Assembly: GCA_021432655.1 (NCBI GenBank)
Contig: MU271401.1
Coordinates: 1 to 64,000 of the forward strand
Reading direction: 5' to 3'
DNA: 64,000 nt
Source of the DNA: Atractiella rhizophila
Lineage: Eukaryota
The notes beneath the pieces are model-generated. The model saw only the letters and a program-made list of their open reading frames with translations. It did not search any database and was not told where the DNA came from. Made by a program: the position numbers and the translations under genes. Shown one piece after another: positions 35,953 to 50,690 of this stretch. Position 1 is the stretch's first letter; the number at the start of each line of letters is the position of its first letter.

Positions 35953-38900
35953 ATGGCTTCAGAGACTAAAGTGCGTGCTCACATCGCCATCATGAACTTT
36001 GCTCTGAGAAATGGGCATGGCACAGAGTTTTCAAGTCGTCTCCCGCCCTCGCGCCACTTCGACAAGCGCCTCCCGCTCACCCGCACTCACGCCCTCGAGC
36101 TCCATGCCTATCCTCTCCCGCGGCAGCCCTTCATCCGGACCCACTCCAGCCGCCGAGTCGAAAGTGTACAAGCCGCTCAAGTCACGTACTTCTTCTATCT
36201 CCTCCTCCACGCGTCCGCGTCCTCCTTCCTCCAATCCGTTTCTCAGAGACAGATCGTCCGCTTCCTCCAGACCTGCTACGGCTAACACGCTCTCGCCTTC
36301 TACGAGCGACTACTCTCTCGCTGGGAATGAAGCTAGACTCAGGACTATGGACCGGTTTCCTTCCCCTCCTGGGAGCCCGAAGATGTTCAAGAAGGGATTA
36401 GGAATCCCGTCTAGCACTAGCGCTAGCCCTGCTTCGGCAAACGTTGGTTTGGGAATTAGAGGCATGGAAAACGGCGGCGTCAAGGGGTCGAGAGTGAGCA
36501 TGTTGAAGAGGGAAGATGGGACACCAGCACTCGACCTCCTCGATTTGAAGCGCAATTCAAATTCACTATGGGATGCGCTCGACCTGCCAGCTTTCGACCG
36601 CCCAGCTTCGACCAGTACAGCGGCAGTCTTAGATCCCGTTCCACCTCTTCCAGCGCAGAGGGAGAATGCCCCGTCTTTGACGAGTAAGACGAGCACGGCG
36701 AGCATGCGGAGCACGACCAGTCGACCTCCTCCTATCCCCCAGTCGTCTACTTCCGGCCCAACGCTTCCGGGGGGACGGAAACGAAGCAACACGCTGGCGT
36801 CCGTCAAGTCCCCAGCTTTCGGACTGATGGATCCACCCATGTCCGCCTCTCCCTACATTTCCACCACCCTCGCACCCCCTCCGCCTTCGATGACCCGAGT
36901 CGGCTCTGCGCCGGTTCTGCCTCCGCTGTCCCCTTCTTTCCCCACGGGGATAGCGAGGAAACATTCCGCGCCGGATGTCACCATCCCTCCTTTCGGAGAG
37001 CTGGGCATGGACGAAGAGGCCCTGCTCCCTCCTCCTTCTCCGGCTTTTGCGAATGGAGTGGATAGCCATAATCAGAGTGGAAGGTCGAGTCCGGTGGGGA
37101 GCATCAAGTCGATCAAGAGCTTGAGTGGGAGGTTGAGGAAGAAAGAGAAGGAGAAGGAAGGGGAAGGAGGTGGAGGGGAGAGGAGGGGTAAATTGTTCAA
37201 GAAACGTAAAGACGTGTCGGTCCCTCCCAGCCCCAGTCCACTCAGTCCAGGCTTCAACACCTCCACCGAAGCCTCACCTAATATGATGTCTGCATTTGAG
37301 GACGACCTCACCCCGCCACAGCCGAGGAGTCGGAGGAGCAGCTTCTCACTCCCGAAACTTCTATCCAAGATGCGCAAGTCGGAAGCTGCCAAGACGCCGC
37401 CGCCATTACCCACTGGGACACCACTCACCGCGGGATTTGCAGCTGCGCAGCAAACCGTTCTGGGGAGGAAGGAAGATGATGTGAAGTTGACGGATCTGAT
37501 GATGCCGGAGGAAAAGGAGGAGATTGAAAAGTTTTACGAGAAAGCGAAGGCGCAAGCGCAGGCGGCGGACGAGGAGAAGGAGATGAGCCCCGCTATTACT
37601 CCTATGGCTACTAGCTTTAGGATGGAGAGGGCGAATAGCAATCCGACGGGTTCGTCTTCCTTTCATTCCTTCTATATTCATTAACGATGTGCTCATCAGA
37701 AGCGTCGACATCCTCTCTACCAACACGTCCTCCAATCCCTCGAGCTACGTCAGAACTCACACCATCATCATCCTCTACCTCACTCGCCAAACTGTCCAAG
37801 CCCAAATCTCCACCCGCTCGCCTCAACCTTCCACCTTTAGTTCCTCCTTCGCCTAGTCCCAAGGTGTCCATCGACACTCCTCGAGCATTGGGGAGCGCCA
37901 AACCGCCTCTACGCGTGGATACGAGCGCGACCAACACTCCTCTGCGTCCCAGCTTCGACGAGAGGGGCGGACGGCCAAGCTTTGACGTCCGACCAAGCTT
38001 CGAAGAGAGGGCGATGCGGCCGAGCTTGGATGAGAGGGTGAAACCTATGCCGAGGAAGAAGTCGACGCTGGACATTGAAAGTTCTGGTAGACATAGTCCC
38101 ACGGATAGGATCCCAAGCCCTGCAGATCGGTTGCCCAGCCCCGCTGCTCTCGATGCTATGCCTATCTCTCCTTGGAATACGGAGGGCAAATTGCTGGACA
38201 CCTCGCCGCAGAGGAATATGGACCGCCTCCCTTCGCCATCGACCTCCAATGCGGACAAACTACCAAGTCCGACGATGACAACCAACACCCATGATTTCGT
38301 CCTCTCCCCAGTTTCTGTCTCGTCCGCTGGAGGAGTGGAGAGGTACCCCTCGATGAATTCGTCGTTCCGCTCACCTACACAACACTCAGAACTGTTCGAA
38401 GTCGAAGCCCCGGCTCCGTTCAAGATGCACTCCGTCGAATCCTGGGAACATCCAACTTCGACCTCCGTATCCCACGTAGGTCACTCAGCGTGTTCGAATG
38501 GTGTTGCGTCCGGTGTGCCAGACAAGGAGGCGGTGGAAGAGGTGGAAAGCGAAGTGGAGTCGGAAAGTGAGGGAGAGGACCACTTCGAAGAAGCTCTCGC
38601 CGCACGGCCGGAGAGCGAAGATAGTGACAGCGCGAGTGCCAGCGATGATGACGTGCCGTTGGCTGAGCGTCATCCCACGGCCTTGAAGGCGCAGAAGAGC
38701 TTGAGGTTGTTGGCCAAGGGGAAGCAGCAGAATGGTCGAGCTCCGCCTAAACCAAAGGCTACTATGGTATCGGAACCTCCAGTGCCTAATTCGAAAGGAC
38801 TAGAGGAGATTCGTCGGATATCTTCAAACGCACAAGCAGATCCTCGCTCGAACCCTCAGACAGAACCTCGTCGAATCGTCCCGAATCCCATCGATGAGAC

Positions 38901-40673
38901 TGGTTACAAGCACGAGAAGTCGGTACATACCGTATTCGACGTCAATCTACTCAACAACAAGCTCAGTAAATTGCAGAAGAGGTTGGAGGTAGAACGAGCG
39001 CGCCCAGATTCAGTGAGCTCCGAAGTCGATATTCTTAAGAAAGGTCCAATCGGACACAGTCTGCTCCCACAGACAGAAGCAAGCGTGCGAACTCGCGCAA
39101 ACAGAAGTGGGTCTATGCCTCATCCCGCTGCACTTTCGCCTTTCGTCTCGGACTCCGTACTAACGATGGGGAGCGACGACGGGCACTCATCATCTACGCG
39201 CGGACAAACTGAAGGAGTCAGTCGACAACCGACTCGGGCAGGTCAATCCTTATCCCGACGTCCTACTGGTCCTCCGAAGAAGCTGAAACCGACTCTCAAT
39301 GACGCCGTGCCCGTGCCTGAGATGCCCCCACCCTCTCCTCGAACGCAGAATTTCAAACCACCAGCCAAATCAGCTTCTGCATCTGTATCCCGTCAGCCCT
39401 CGACTTCAAAGCGGGCGATGCTACCTCCTCAAATGCCGCCCATTCTCCCTCGCTCAGCAGAGATCCCACAAGCTCCTATGCAGACTACGTCAAACCAAAC
39501 TGAGCAGAAAGTATACATTGGGGACCAGGAGAGATATTGCACCATTATTCTCGATGGGTCCAAAACGGCAAGGATGCTACTAGAAGAGCTGAAGATGAGA
39601 AAGGAGTTGAAAGACCCTGGAGAAGGGATGGGGTGGGCAATTTGGGAGGTTTATAGCCCCATGGGACTAGGTGAGATGCCATTTGGACAATCAAAAACTA
39701 CGAGCTGACGGTCTGACAGAGCGTCCGCTGAGACATTGTGAACTTCTTACAGAAGTCTTGAAATCTTGGAGCACACAGGCAAGGTCATGCTTCTTGCTTG
39801 CTCGTCCGACCAGGTACGCCAGGTGGTTAACAAACGATGTTAGTCGTCCCTTTCCGTACTACGCATGAAGCTGATAAGAGCATCACAGAGCTACTCAAAG
39901 TCAGTCTCGCATGGAGCTTATGTCCATTACGAGACCAAGAAGGGACACTGGAACAAAAGGTTTTTACGTCTCAACGATCACTCTGTTGCCTACACCAAGA
40001 ACGAGCAGGTTCGTACTATACAAGTTTCTTGTTATGTCCTGATCGAGCCCTACAGAGTGATACGAAGAAGGAGACATTCTTGTGCACCCTGACGAATTTT
40101 GACCTTTTCCTTGCGACTCCCTCGATGGTGAAAAAGCTTCATGCACCGCGGCAGTTCGCCTTCGCCATCAAGTCCATCGACCCTGTCACCTTCTTCGAGA
40201 ACGTCGAACAAGATTACATCCACTTCTTCTCCGTAAAGACGGAAGCCGACCTTGACAGATGGGTTAAAGCTTGCTTGACCTCTGAAAGAAGAGGTGGTGC
40301 CACCACGTCTTCTCGGCGTTCCGTGGACGAAGGACGCAATGGACCTCTGCTAAACAGTATCCCATCGTCCTCTCCAACAAGCCAACCAGTCGGTCGGCAG
40401 GCTTCGTCTGCATCTCGCCGTCGCCCCAGCGTCCCCAACGCTAATGGCCAGTTCACCAAAGGCTCACTTCTCGAGAGCTCTCCACTTTTGGCCACTTCAC
40501 CACCCTCCATGCCGCCGGCTCTTCCTCCAATGGGCAGTGGTAAGCTGGCTATGCCGGACCAGAAGACATGGGAGCGGATGACACCTGATCAAAGGAAAGA
40601 ATGGTTGAAAAAAGCTCAAAATAATGCGAGGAGTACTGGTGGGACCCTTCTCGATTTTAGTAATCCCTCATAA
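35953..40673 (+). CDS. Large Ser/Pro-rich protein with C-terminal Ras-association-like and PH domains
   Basis: Long low-complexity ORFs joined by short introns; 'WAIWEVYSPMGLERPLRHCE' (RA-like), 'KKGHWNKRFLRL...FAFAIKS...DLDRWV' (PH). Confidence 0.75.
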
Positions 40674-41310
40674 TATGTACGTTTGCATTATTTTAACACA
40701 GTTTTGTCTTTCCATAGTTCGTGCAGTTCCTTCAATCTTTTTGTGGTCTTTTGGATGATCGTTCGACACCTCCATGATGGTTCCGTTTTTGGTTATCGAC
40801 CATTCTGTAATATTTTTTTCAGGTCCCTCTTTTCTTTCCCTCTCAATTCTCTTGTCTAATTACTTTCGTCTTCCTCTGGGCTCTGGTTCCTCTGAATTCG
40901 GGTTAGGTATTGAAGACTCAGTCTTTAAGTTGCTGTCGCAAGCGTACAAACCAAGTTATTTCCTCCTTCTCTCATTGTATCCACGACATTCCACTACATA
41001 TTTGCAACCAGCACAACATAACCATTTCAGACGGTGGTGTTGATGGATACAGTAAATAATGGCACGAGATTGTTCGGGATCAGAGCATGATCTAGCTCGT
41101 AGAGAACTCACAGAGTGAAGATGCTGCACTGACAATTTCTTGAAGATGATCCTGTCTGTTTATCTGCTCGTCGTGTAGTCGCATTCTGAGGAGGAGAACC
41201 TACAAGTAGTTTAAACCCAGAATTCTGGGCAGGTAGCTTTTTTCCGTTTCTCGCAGTAAACTGTATCTATGACAGATCCCAAACCAAGAAGATGCTCAAA
41301 CAAACAAGCC

Positions 41311-42536
41311 ATGACCTCGAAGAAGAATTTTAATCTGAGCCTCAATGTCATAAGCAATTCTCAGATATCTGAACTGTACGAAAGGCATTTGAATGAGAAA
41401 CCAGTGAAAATAGAGGCAAGTTTCTGGACGACCTCGGTAGCCTCTGTTGATTGGATCACAGGAATTTCTAAGCGCACAAGAAGCGGAATACAACAAGATC
41501 TATATCGTATCTCTCTCGTCTGGAGACACGTTTCTGCGCCTCTCAAAGCCTCGAGTGCCGCATCGCAAGACGCAGAACGAGGTCGCCGCGCTTCATTATG
41601 TCCGTCAACACTGTGCAAAATTGAGGGATAAGGTGCCAGAAGTACTCTTTTGGTCCGATAACACAGAGGAAGTCGGATACGAATACACGGTGATGACACG
41701 GGTGAACGGGGTGCCTTTGAAAAGCGTTCTGAAGCTAGAGATGGCGAATGAGATAATCGACAATGTGTTAGAAGTTTACGAGGAACTGGAAAAGTGCAGA
41801 TTCGATCAATTTGGAGGACTTCAGTTTGCTCCTAATGGAGAGGTGGTACCTGGGCCACTAGTGAGCCTCTTCCTGACCAATTCCATCAGGAGTTGATTTC
41901 GGAACTTTTGGGCTGAAGGTGACTTTCGATGTTTTCGATTCAGATTTTCTGCAGAAGCACCTGAACGAGACTTCATTCGATGACTGGAACGTCCGCGGTC
42001 CATGGAAACAAGAGAGCTCTTTCATACTTGAACGCCTGACGGTTTGCGGCCGAATTATCGAAAAATTCGCGCAACCGTCCCTCTTCGACATCAAAGCGAA
42101 GATCGAGCAAGCCAGCCAACATCTAACCTCCGATCCTTCAGTGGTGGACGAAGCCTCTGACGGCTACTTCATCCTCACTCACCGCGATTTACATCTCGCA
42201 AACTTTCTATCGGACGGTCAGCGTATAACTGGGATATTAGACTGGGAGCTGAGCGCCATCATGCCACTGGATCGATGGGAGCCAGGAAACACCCTTCGGT
42301 CGGTGGCAAATGATGATTTCAGAGTCAAAGAGGAGGAATGGAGGGAGGAGCTGTTCAAGAGGATCGAGAAGCGTTCCCCGAAGCTCAATTTCGACAAAAG
42401 TGGGTTGAGACAGAAATGGTGGAGTTTTCAATCGTTCATTTTTTGGATAGTCTACAAAACAATCGAAGGAGAAGATGGAAGGGTCAATGGATGGAGAGAA
42501 CAAGTGGAGAAACTGATGGGACAATTGGGCATCTAA
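41311..42536 (+). CDS. APH/choline-kinase-like phosphotransferase
   Basis: 'KTQNEVAALHYV', 'VPEVLFW', Brenner motif 'HRDLHLANFL', 'GILDWELS'; first intron is GC-AG (41416-41461). Confidence 0.85.
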
Positions 42537-42949
42537 ATGAATGATGGTTCAGTTGGACATGTTCTTTTGCCAGTGACATGTTGTAAGATGGCTTCTCGGA
42601 CCGTGAACCGTTTGTTTCCACTGCTCTGCCCCCAACTTAAAGTATCCCATCCTGCTTTTTCCTAGTGTGCGAGTGGGACATTTGTAAGAAGATTTTGAGC
42701 TCTGACCCATAAATCCTAAGTCGATCGATGCGTCGGCCTGAAAAGCAAAGAGACCGGTGAAGCGGTACCTGATCTCATTTGTTCCCCAACAATCCAGATC
42801 ACTCAACAGCAACATCCAGTATCTCTGCCCCAAGTGGATTCTACCGGGTGCCCTTTGGATTGCCCGTAAACTGCTCGTAGGTTTTGTTACCTGCTACTTA
42901 GGCCAGAAATCGCGTTGGCTGATAAGAGTGTTTGGAAGACACGATGGAC

Positions 42950-45900
42950 ATGAGCGATACGCTGAAGAAGGCAGCTATAGCCCAAGAAGCGGCTGCCAAC
43001 TCTCCCCCCGTGACCCCAGGAACATTCCCTCACGCATTACGAACCCCGAGGTATTTCGTTCTTCCCACGATATAGATCATTGTTGAGTTTGAGTTCGGAT
43101 GACGGGTTAACAGGCCAGACACTGCCAATCGCACTCCTGATATCCCTTCCATTCGCAGACAGACGGCTGGTCATGGAGGGCCGCTTAAGAAAGTCATGGT
43201 AGCAAATCGAGGAGTGCGTTCTTTCCTCTTTTAAGGCGGGAAAGAGATGGTGATGAGTGTGAATGCTGCTGTAGGAGATCGCCATCCGTGTTTTCAGAAC
43301 GGCGCATGAGTTAGGAATGCAGACAGTTGCTATATTCAGTCATGAAGATCGCTTTAACGCACATAGGCAGAAGGCAGACGAAGCCTATATGGTCGGCAAG
43401 GGTCTGACCCCTGTTGCGGCATATTTAGCCCAAGACGACATTATCAGAACCGCGTTGGAGCATGATGTACGCGTTTCCAACTTCGATGCGCTGTAAAAGC
43501 TGAGGAATACATAGGTGGACTTCATTCATCCTGGGTATGAACTGCGCGATCTATGTTTTGGTAGCTGAATGGAAGGCAGATACGGCTTTCTGTCGGAGAA
43601 TGCCCAGTTTGCAAAGAAAGTGGAAGAGGCAGGGATATATTTCATTGGGCCGCAACCAGAGGTTATCGATGGAGTAGGAGACAAGATTAAAGCTCGTCAC
43701 CTGGGTTCGTCATGCCACCCCACATGATTTAGGCTTACCGTCTCTGTCCAGCAATGAAGGTCGGCGTGCCGGTCGTGCCCGGTACTCCAGACGCGATTGA
43801 ATCATATGACAAAGCTGAAGCTTTCATCAAGGAGCATGGATTCCCCGTCAGTGAGTAGACTATGGTGTTAGTAGACAAACTGGAGCTAACACGGTATCGC
43901 AGTCATCAAAGCGGCGATGGGAGGAGGAGGTAGAGGAATGCGCGTAGTTCGTGAGGAGAAGGACTTCAAAGATTCTTTCGAACGCGCCAAGTCTGAAGCT
44001 AAGGCCGCTTTTGGAGATGGCACTGTCTTCATTGAAGTATTGCTTTATCTCAACAGGTCATTGCTGGTTCTGACTTTGGGACAGCGATTCCTAGATAAAC
44101 CTCGTCACATCGAAGTCCAGCTCCTTGGTGATAGCGCAGGAAACGTGATCCATCTTTTCGAGAGAGACTGTTCAGTCCAGCGACGACATCAAAAGGTCGT
44201 TGAACAGGCGCCGGCTGTTCTTCTCACAGATGAATCTCGAGCCGCAATTTTGAACGATGCAGTGAAGCTCGCCAAAGCCGTAAATTATAGGAATGCAGGA
44301 ACCGCAGAGTTCTTGGTTGGACAGGATGGGCAGCATTACTTCATAGAAATCAATCGTGAGTCCTTTTGTGTTGCTGTAATCTAACGAAGGCTCATGGGAT
44401 AATAGCGAGAATTCAGGTCGAGCACACTGTCACCGAAGAAATCACAGGCATCGATATCATCGCTGCTCAAATTCAAATCGCTGCTGGAGCCACCTTACCT
44501 GAGTTAGGTCTCACACAACAGTCCATCACTCAAAGAGGACATGCCATTCAATGCCGAAGTGAGAATTAGTTCCGCTTGACAATAAACCATTCTTTGAGCA
44601 TCGTCTGTAGTCACCACGGAAGATCCTGCTCAAAATTTCCAACCTGACACTGGAAAGATCGAAGTCTACCGTTCAGCAGGAGGGAATGGCGTCCGTCTCG
44701 ACGGCAGTTCTGGCTTTGCAGGTTCTCAGATCACTGTATGCTCTTCATCAGACTTGTTGTTTGTTTTCACGAACCCCCTAGCCTCATTACGACAGCTTGC
44801 TAGTCAAAGTAACTGTGCGTGGAGCAACGTTCGAAGTCGCGCGTCGGAAAATGCTCCGGGCATTGATCGAGTTCAGAATCCGCGGTGTGAAGACTAATAT
44901 TCCTTTTCTGTTTCGGGTATTATCACATCCTACGTTCATTCAAGGCAAGACGTGGACAACAGTAATTGCTACCTATTTTTGACGGCGTTGTCTAACTGAA
45001 GAATAGTTCATCGATGATACACCGCAACTCTTCCACCTCGTCCAAAGCCAAAATCGCGCTCAGAAATTGTTGGCATACCTCGGAGACATTGTCGTCAACG
45101 GCAGTCGTATCAAGGGACAGGATGGAGAACCAGGGCTCAAAACCGAAATCGTTGTGCCGGAACTTGCAGATCGTTCCGATTCATCAAAGCGTCTCGATAC
45201 CTCTGAGCCTTGCTTGCAGGGATGGCGCAATATCTTGAGAGATAAAGGACCTGAAGCTTTTGCTAAAGCCGTTCGAGAATATCCGGGAACTCTGATCATG
45301 GATACAACTTGGAGAGATGCCCATCAGTCGTTGCTTGCTACCCGACTGAGAACGATCGACATCGTCAATATTGCGAAGGAGACGAGCCATGCTCTTGCTA
45401 ATGCGTACAGTTTAGAGTGCTGGGTACATCTTTCCTCTTTGTCAGGGTCACTTTCTGAAACTGAATAGGGAGGGGCTACATTTGACGTCGCCATGCGCTT
45501 TCTTTACGAAGATCCTTGGGAACGACTTCGTCAGCTCAGAAAGCTGGTGCCTAACATTCCTTTCCAAGCTTTAATCAGAGGAGCGAACGCTGTTGGCTAC
45601 ACCAGCTATCCTGATAATGCGGTATACGAGTTCTCGAAGCGTGCCTTTGAGAATGGACTGGACATATTCAGGGTTTTTGATTCCCTGAACTACCTGGAGA
45701 ACATGAAGCTCGGCATTGACGCTGCTAAGAAGGGTGCGATTCATTTTCAATACGATACCTGAGCTCAGAAGATGTGTGGATAGCTGGTGGAGTTGTAGAA
45801 GCCGCCATTTGCTACTCTGGAGACGTTGCCAATCCCAAGAAAACGAAGTACACCCTGCAGTACTACCTCGATTTTGCTCAGCAACTGGTTAACGAGGTTT

Positions 45901-47787
45901 GTCTTCCATGCCTCGAGAAGTATTTCTCTTACTCTGCCGTAGGGCATCCACGTCCTTGCCATCAAAGATATGGCTGGTATGGTTTACTTTAGTTTTTCAA
46001 CTGCTGTACTTAGCCTGTTTCTTCAGGACTCCTGTCGCCTCAAGCAGCAACTATTCTTATCGGTGCTCTTCGAAAGAAGTTTCCTACTATCCCGTGCGTT
46101 GTCAATGAAGCTGTGCCCTCCTAGGCTAATTTTCGAGCTTAGGATTCATGTTCACTCTCACGATACGGCTGGTATCTCGGTCTCGAGTATGATAGCTTGT
46201 GCCGCCGCCGGCGCTGATGTGGTGGACGTTGCGATTGATAGTAAGTTGCCGTGATGTTTCGGACAGAAGACACTGACCGAATCTTTCTGTCAGGCATGTC
46301 TGGAATGACCTCTCAAGCTGCTATGGGAGCTGTGGTTCGTGCTCTGGAACAAACTGGTCTTGGAGCGGGTATTCGACATGAAGACATCCAAGCTTTGAAC
46401 CTGTATTGGTCACAAGTCAGAATGCTTTACTCATGCTTTGATGCAAACATGAAGAGCTCCGACTCCGGAGTGTTCGACCATGAAATGCCTGTACGTCTCA
46501 TACCTACCTTGCTCGTTTCACGACTGACTGACGAGAAAACAGGGTGGACAATGTAATGTTTCGCCACAATACAAACAAACACCTTTCCACTGACGAGAAC
46601 TTCAGATACCAATCTCCTCTTCCAATCTCAGCAACTTGGTCTGGGGACTCAATGGGCAGGTAAGACTGCTTCTTCTGCTAGGAACGCTGCTGATTATTTC
46701 GAAGCTGTCAAGAAGGCTTACATCGAAGCGAATTTATTATGCGGCGACATCATTAAGGTCACACCTTCCTCAAAGGTCGTCGGGGATTTCGCGCAGTTTA
46801 TGGTCGCGAACAAATTGACGAAGAAGGACGTGGAAGAGCAAGCTGATAAGCTGGACTTTCCCAACTCGTATTTCGTTTCTTCCCTTTCTACTCACGACTG
46901 ACAGGAAAGATAGTGTCGTCGAATTCTTCCAAGGATTCCTCGGACAACCAGTAGGCGGATTCCCCGAGCCTCTTCGCTCCAAAATCATTCGTGATCGTAA
47001 ACGCATCGATGGACGACCCGGTGCTTCAATGGAACCCTATCCTTTTGAGAAGATCAGGAAGGAGCTGATGAGCAAATATGGATCGTCGATTACATCTACG
47101 GATGTGCTATCCTATTGCATGTATCCCAAGGTAGACCTGTTCCTTTCGCTAAATGCAAGGTGCTGACATTGCTCCTTAGGTCTTTGAGGAATTCAAGCAG
47201 TTCACCGAGAAGTTTGGAGACCTGAGGTCTGTTTTTCACCCTTCGCTCAAATCAAGCTCGGCTCGCTGACGCTCTGTATTCTAGCGTGGTCCCGACCCGC
47301 TACTTCCTCGCCAAACCCACGCCCAACGAAGAGCTCCAAATCGCGATCGAACCAGGGAAAGTACTGATCATCAAACTGCTCACCCAAGGGCCTGTCAATC
47401 CCGACACCGGCATTCGGGAGGTCTTCTTCGAGTTGAACGGAGAGGTACGAGCTGTGGCAGTGGAGGATGAGAGCGCAGCGACAGAGACGACGCACAGGGA
47501 GAAGGCCTCCTCCGATCCTGGCAGCATCGGTAGTCCTATGGCCGGAGTCTGTGTTGAGGTCAGGGTACAAGAGGGCCATGATATTAAGGCTGGTGACCCT
47601 ATTGCTATCTTGTCCGCGATGAAGATGGAGACTACGGTGTCTTCGCCAGTTGCGGGTAAGGTGGATAGAGTCGTGGTGAAGGAGGGCGATAGTTTGAGTC
47701 AAGGAGACTTGATTGTTGTCATGTGAGCCTTTCCCCTTCTGCCTCGACGAGCGAGACTGAGGGACGAAATGCAGTAAACATCAGTAA
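42950..47787 (+). CDS. PYC1: Pyruvate carboxylase, about two dozen introns
   Basis: '[17 protein letters not shown]', '[10 protein letters not shown]', '[15 protein letters not shown]', '[16 protein letters not shown]', 'HVHSHDT', biotin site 'AMKM'. Start codon approximate. Confidence 0.97.
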
Positions 47788-47946
47788 TATTCCGGTCGAG
47801 AGTGAGTGATGAGAGTCCGTCGCCGTGGACTTGTGACGTCTCCACTGAACAAGAAAATGATCGGTTGATTGTATCGAATACAAAACAGGTGAAGTGAAGT
47901 GAAATACAATTTATTCTGTCGGTTAAGCATAGCTTTTATCTATCTC

Positions 47947-49310
47947 TTACAACTCTTGAACCGTGAAATCCTCGTCATCTGATCCCTTGTCCTCTTTCTC
48001 ACCTTCCTCGCCATCAGGATGCGAACCATCCTTTTTCGTTTCCTCTCCTTCATCCCTCATGAGGAGCTGGACAAGTCGATCGATGGCCACAATGTTCTTT
48101 TACAGAACGCATCATATGAACTCCGCTCATCTTGGGGCAAAACTATTGACGACTTACGGCTTGTACTGTCTCTGCGAGATGCAGCACCCTAAGGACCTCG
48201 TAGACCTCTACCTCTCGCATGTATTTCCTCCCTCCATACGTGGTAGCCAACAGGCCTAATGTTTCGAGGAGCATGAGACGGATCGCGGGGTCGGGTTCGC
48301 GTTTCTTATCAGGTGGCAATAGTTGGATCTCGGGGGGCATGTTGAGTGCTCTCTAGAAAGGACAGAGGTCTATCAGATACACGTAGTGTCTGAAGAGAAG
48401 GAAGGGTACATCAACGTCGTATTCCTCCGGGCCGCAGAGGGGCAGCAGGAGACGGGGAAGTAGAGACGGGAGGATGGATGCGTGACTGGCGCGATCGATC
48501 ATGCAGTTCCTGTTCCCAGACAGGTTAGTTCTGGGGTCGAAGAAAAGAGTAAAGAGGATAGGACATGTACTTACTTAAAAATGGACGCTACTCCTCCGCG
48601 CCGAATGATGGACGGATGTTCTGTGAACACTGCGAGTTCTAGTAGAGGTGGCTGACCCTCTTCCTTCGTAGGTGTGAGGAGAACGGTGCGTGCTCTTGCA
48701 TCCTTCATCCGAATTACATCAATCATTATGTTTCTCTAGATTCTACAAAGTGAGAACTGACGGAAGTTAGGTTGCTAAACACACTGGCTAAAAAGTCGAA
48801 GTTAGCATGTTCGTTCCACTTCTTTCCTTCGCCTTTGATGAACAGCTCCACCAAGCTCAAGAGTGGCCCTTGTCCTGGAACGGGGGAGTTGTTATTGGCT
48901 TTGAGATCGAGCATGGCGGTTACGACTGTAGGATGCTTTGTGATGTTGCTCAGACACATGAGCATCAGATCCGACAGTACATTGTCCCTCCCATGTAAAC
49001 GAGTCAAGAGGAAGACGAGGAAGTCTGCGTCTCCCGTCTGTTTTTGGACGTCTTGAGACTCGGATGAGAGGTTGATGAGCGCTGATAGTGCGTCATGGGC
49101 TATAAGCTGGATGTGGTCAGCGGTAAGGTTAGGCGAGTGATGGATACAGACTGGATTGCTGTCTTGTACGAGGGCTTTGAGTGCATTGATTGACGTCGGA
49201 GAATGCAAAGGAGAGGATGGGAGGGTCGAGTAGGATTTGGCGATCTTGACTGCTTCCAGACGGACATTTGGATTGTCAGAGGACAGGAACTCGACTACTT
49301 CCTCCATCAT
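47947..49310 (-). CDS. HGH1: Hgh1 (eEF2 chaperone; DUF383/DUF384)
   Basis: 'HDALSALINLS', 'ANFDFLASVFSNLT', 'IIRRGGVASIFK', 'LLPLCGPEEYD', 'LLPPDKKREPDPAIR'. Confidence 0.9.
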
Positions 49311-50689
49311 GAACCTGTATAATTCACGTCTCAGCAGCGCTTTCTTTTCACTTCCCAGAAAAAAACAACGCGACGATCGAAATCCTTTATCTCAAGCAGG
49401 CAAAGACTCGACTCAACCTTATCTGTCCAGTCATGGATTCATTGCTGGCTTTTGTCCTGAGCTAAGAGTCGATCATTCATTTCTCTCGTTACAACAGATT
49501 GGTTGATGTGCTTATAGTGAACTTGAAGCTTAGGTGAATGTCACTGGGGTGTTGCTCCCAGCTGAAATCCAGGACGAATAATACTACGTTCTTGTGTTCT
49601 TATGCATTTGCAAAACAATTTGGTTCGTCGATTCTACGCTATTCTATTCATCTCACCATATCATCGCAAAAGAGATGATTGTCTAATTCCCACCTTTCCA
49701 TGCCATACTTCCGACATGCCTGCAACATATTTCCAGCGACAATCCTCTCGACCCCCATCCGGTCCAACACCTCGCATTCGCTTGAAACTGGGGAGCTGAC
49801 TCCTTTAGCTCAAAGGATTACCGGCCATTCGAGTGCGAAACATCCGCGGTATTTTAGGACTTTATTGGAGTGAATATGATCGCCGAAGAGGGACAGCCGC
49901 ACCCCTCCCTGGGCTTATGATCCAGTCGTCAAGATCTACGCAGAGGTAGGGGAAAGGAAGAGAGAGCGTGAGCCATGGTGGGGAACAAGTCTTCGTTGTG
50001 GGGTCGATGTAGGAGAGTGAGAACCTATGTGAGTGAGCGTGAGGACAGCAAAGCTCAGAGAGAGGATGTCTCCTGGTTCTTGGAGAGGAAGCAGTTGCTG
50101 GCGAGGTGGATTTCGGTCAAGGAGTGGCGAAAAGAGACTTCGAATCGGTGCTTGAAGGTATAGCAATCTATCAGGGTCCCGCTCATCCTTAAAAGGCTCA
50201 AATGTGAAATGTGTCCACATGTAGGAAGCGTCGAAGAGGCGTGATGAGTTCGAGTCCACATATTAATAGCTCCCGAAGTTTGAGGAGCAAAGGGAGCTGC
50301 TCTATATCTCCCCAATTGTTCATTGTCCTTGAATTTGCTAACAGGAATGGCCGTTCTCTTCGGAAAGAAGAAGCAGAACAGCTACAGTGATCACGTGATT
50401 CACCGCCAACCAAACAGCTTGCTCTATCCGCCGCACACTCTCTTTAGACTCTTCTCAACCACGTTATAACGCAACAATAGAGGTTGGTCAACTTGTGCAT
50501 CTGCACCTCTCATCATTGTAAACACGGCTGGCATCATCTCATCCCCAACAACTGCTCAGATTCGAACGTAAATTCAGTGCAAATGGCCACATCAACTCTA
50601 CGTGCTCAAACGCCAGCAGTTTTATATCACCATTTCCGTCGTCCCATGCCATATTCCATCATGCAAAACCTGCAATCGTCTCTCGTCGC
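48877..50689. repeat. Copy 1 of a ~1.8-kb direct tandem duplication
   Basis: 48877-49377 recurs at 50691-51202 and 49370-50689 recurs at 52823-54138, near-identical with scattered substitutions and small indels. Confidence 0.95.
50583..50689 (+). pseudogene. 5' fragment of LIP2 truncated at the duplication junction
   Basis: MATSTLRAQ...LQSSLVA matches 54032-54138, then the frame reads into antisense HGH1 sequence. Confidence 0.85.
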
Positions 50690-50690
50690 A

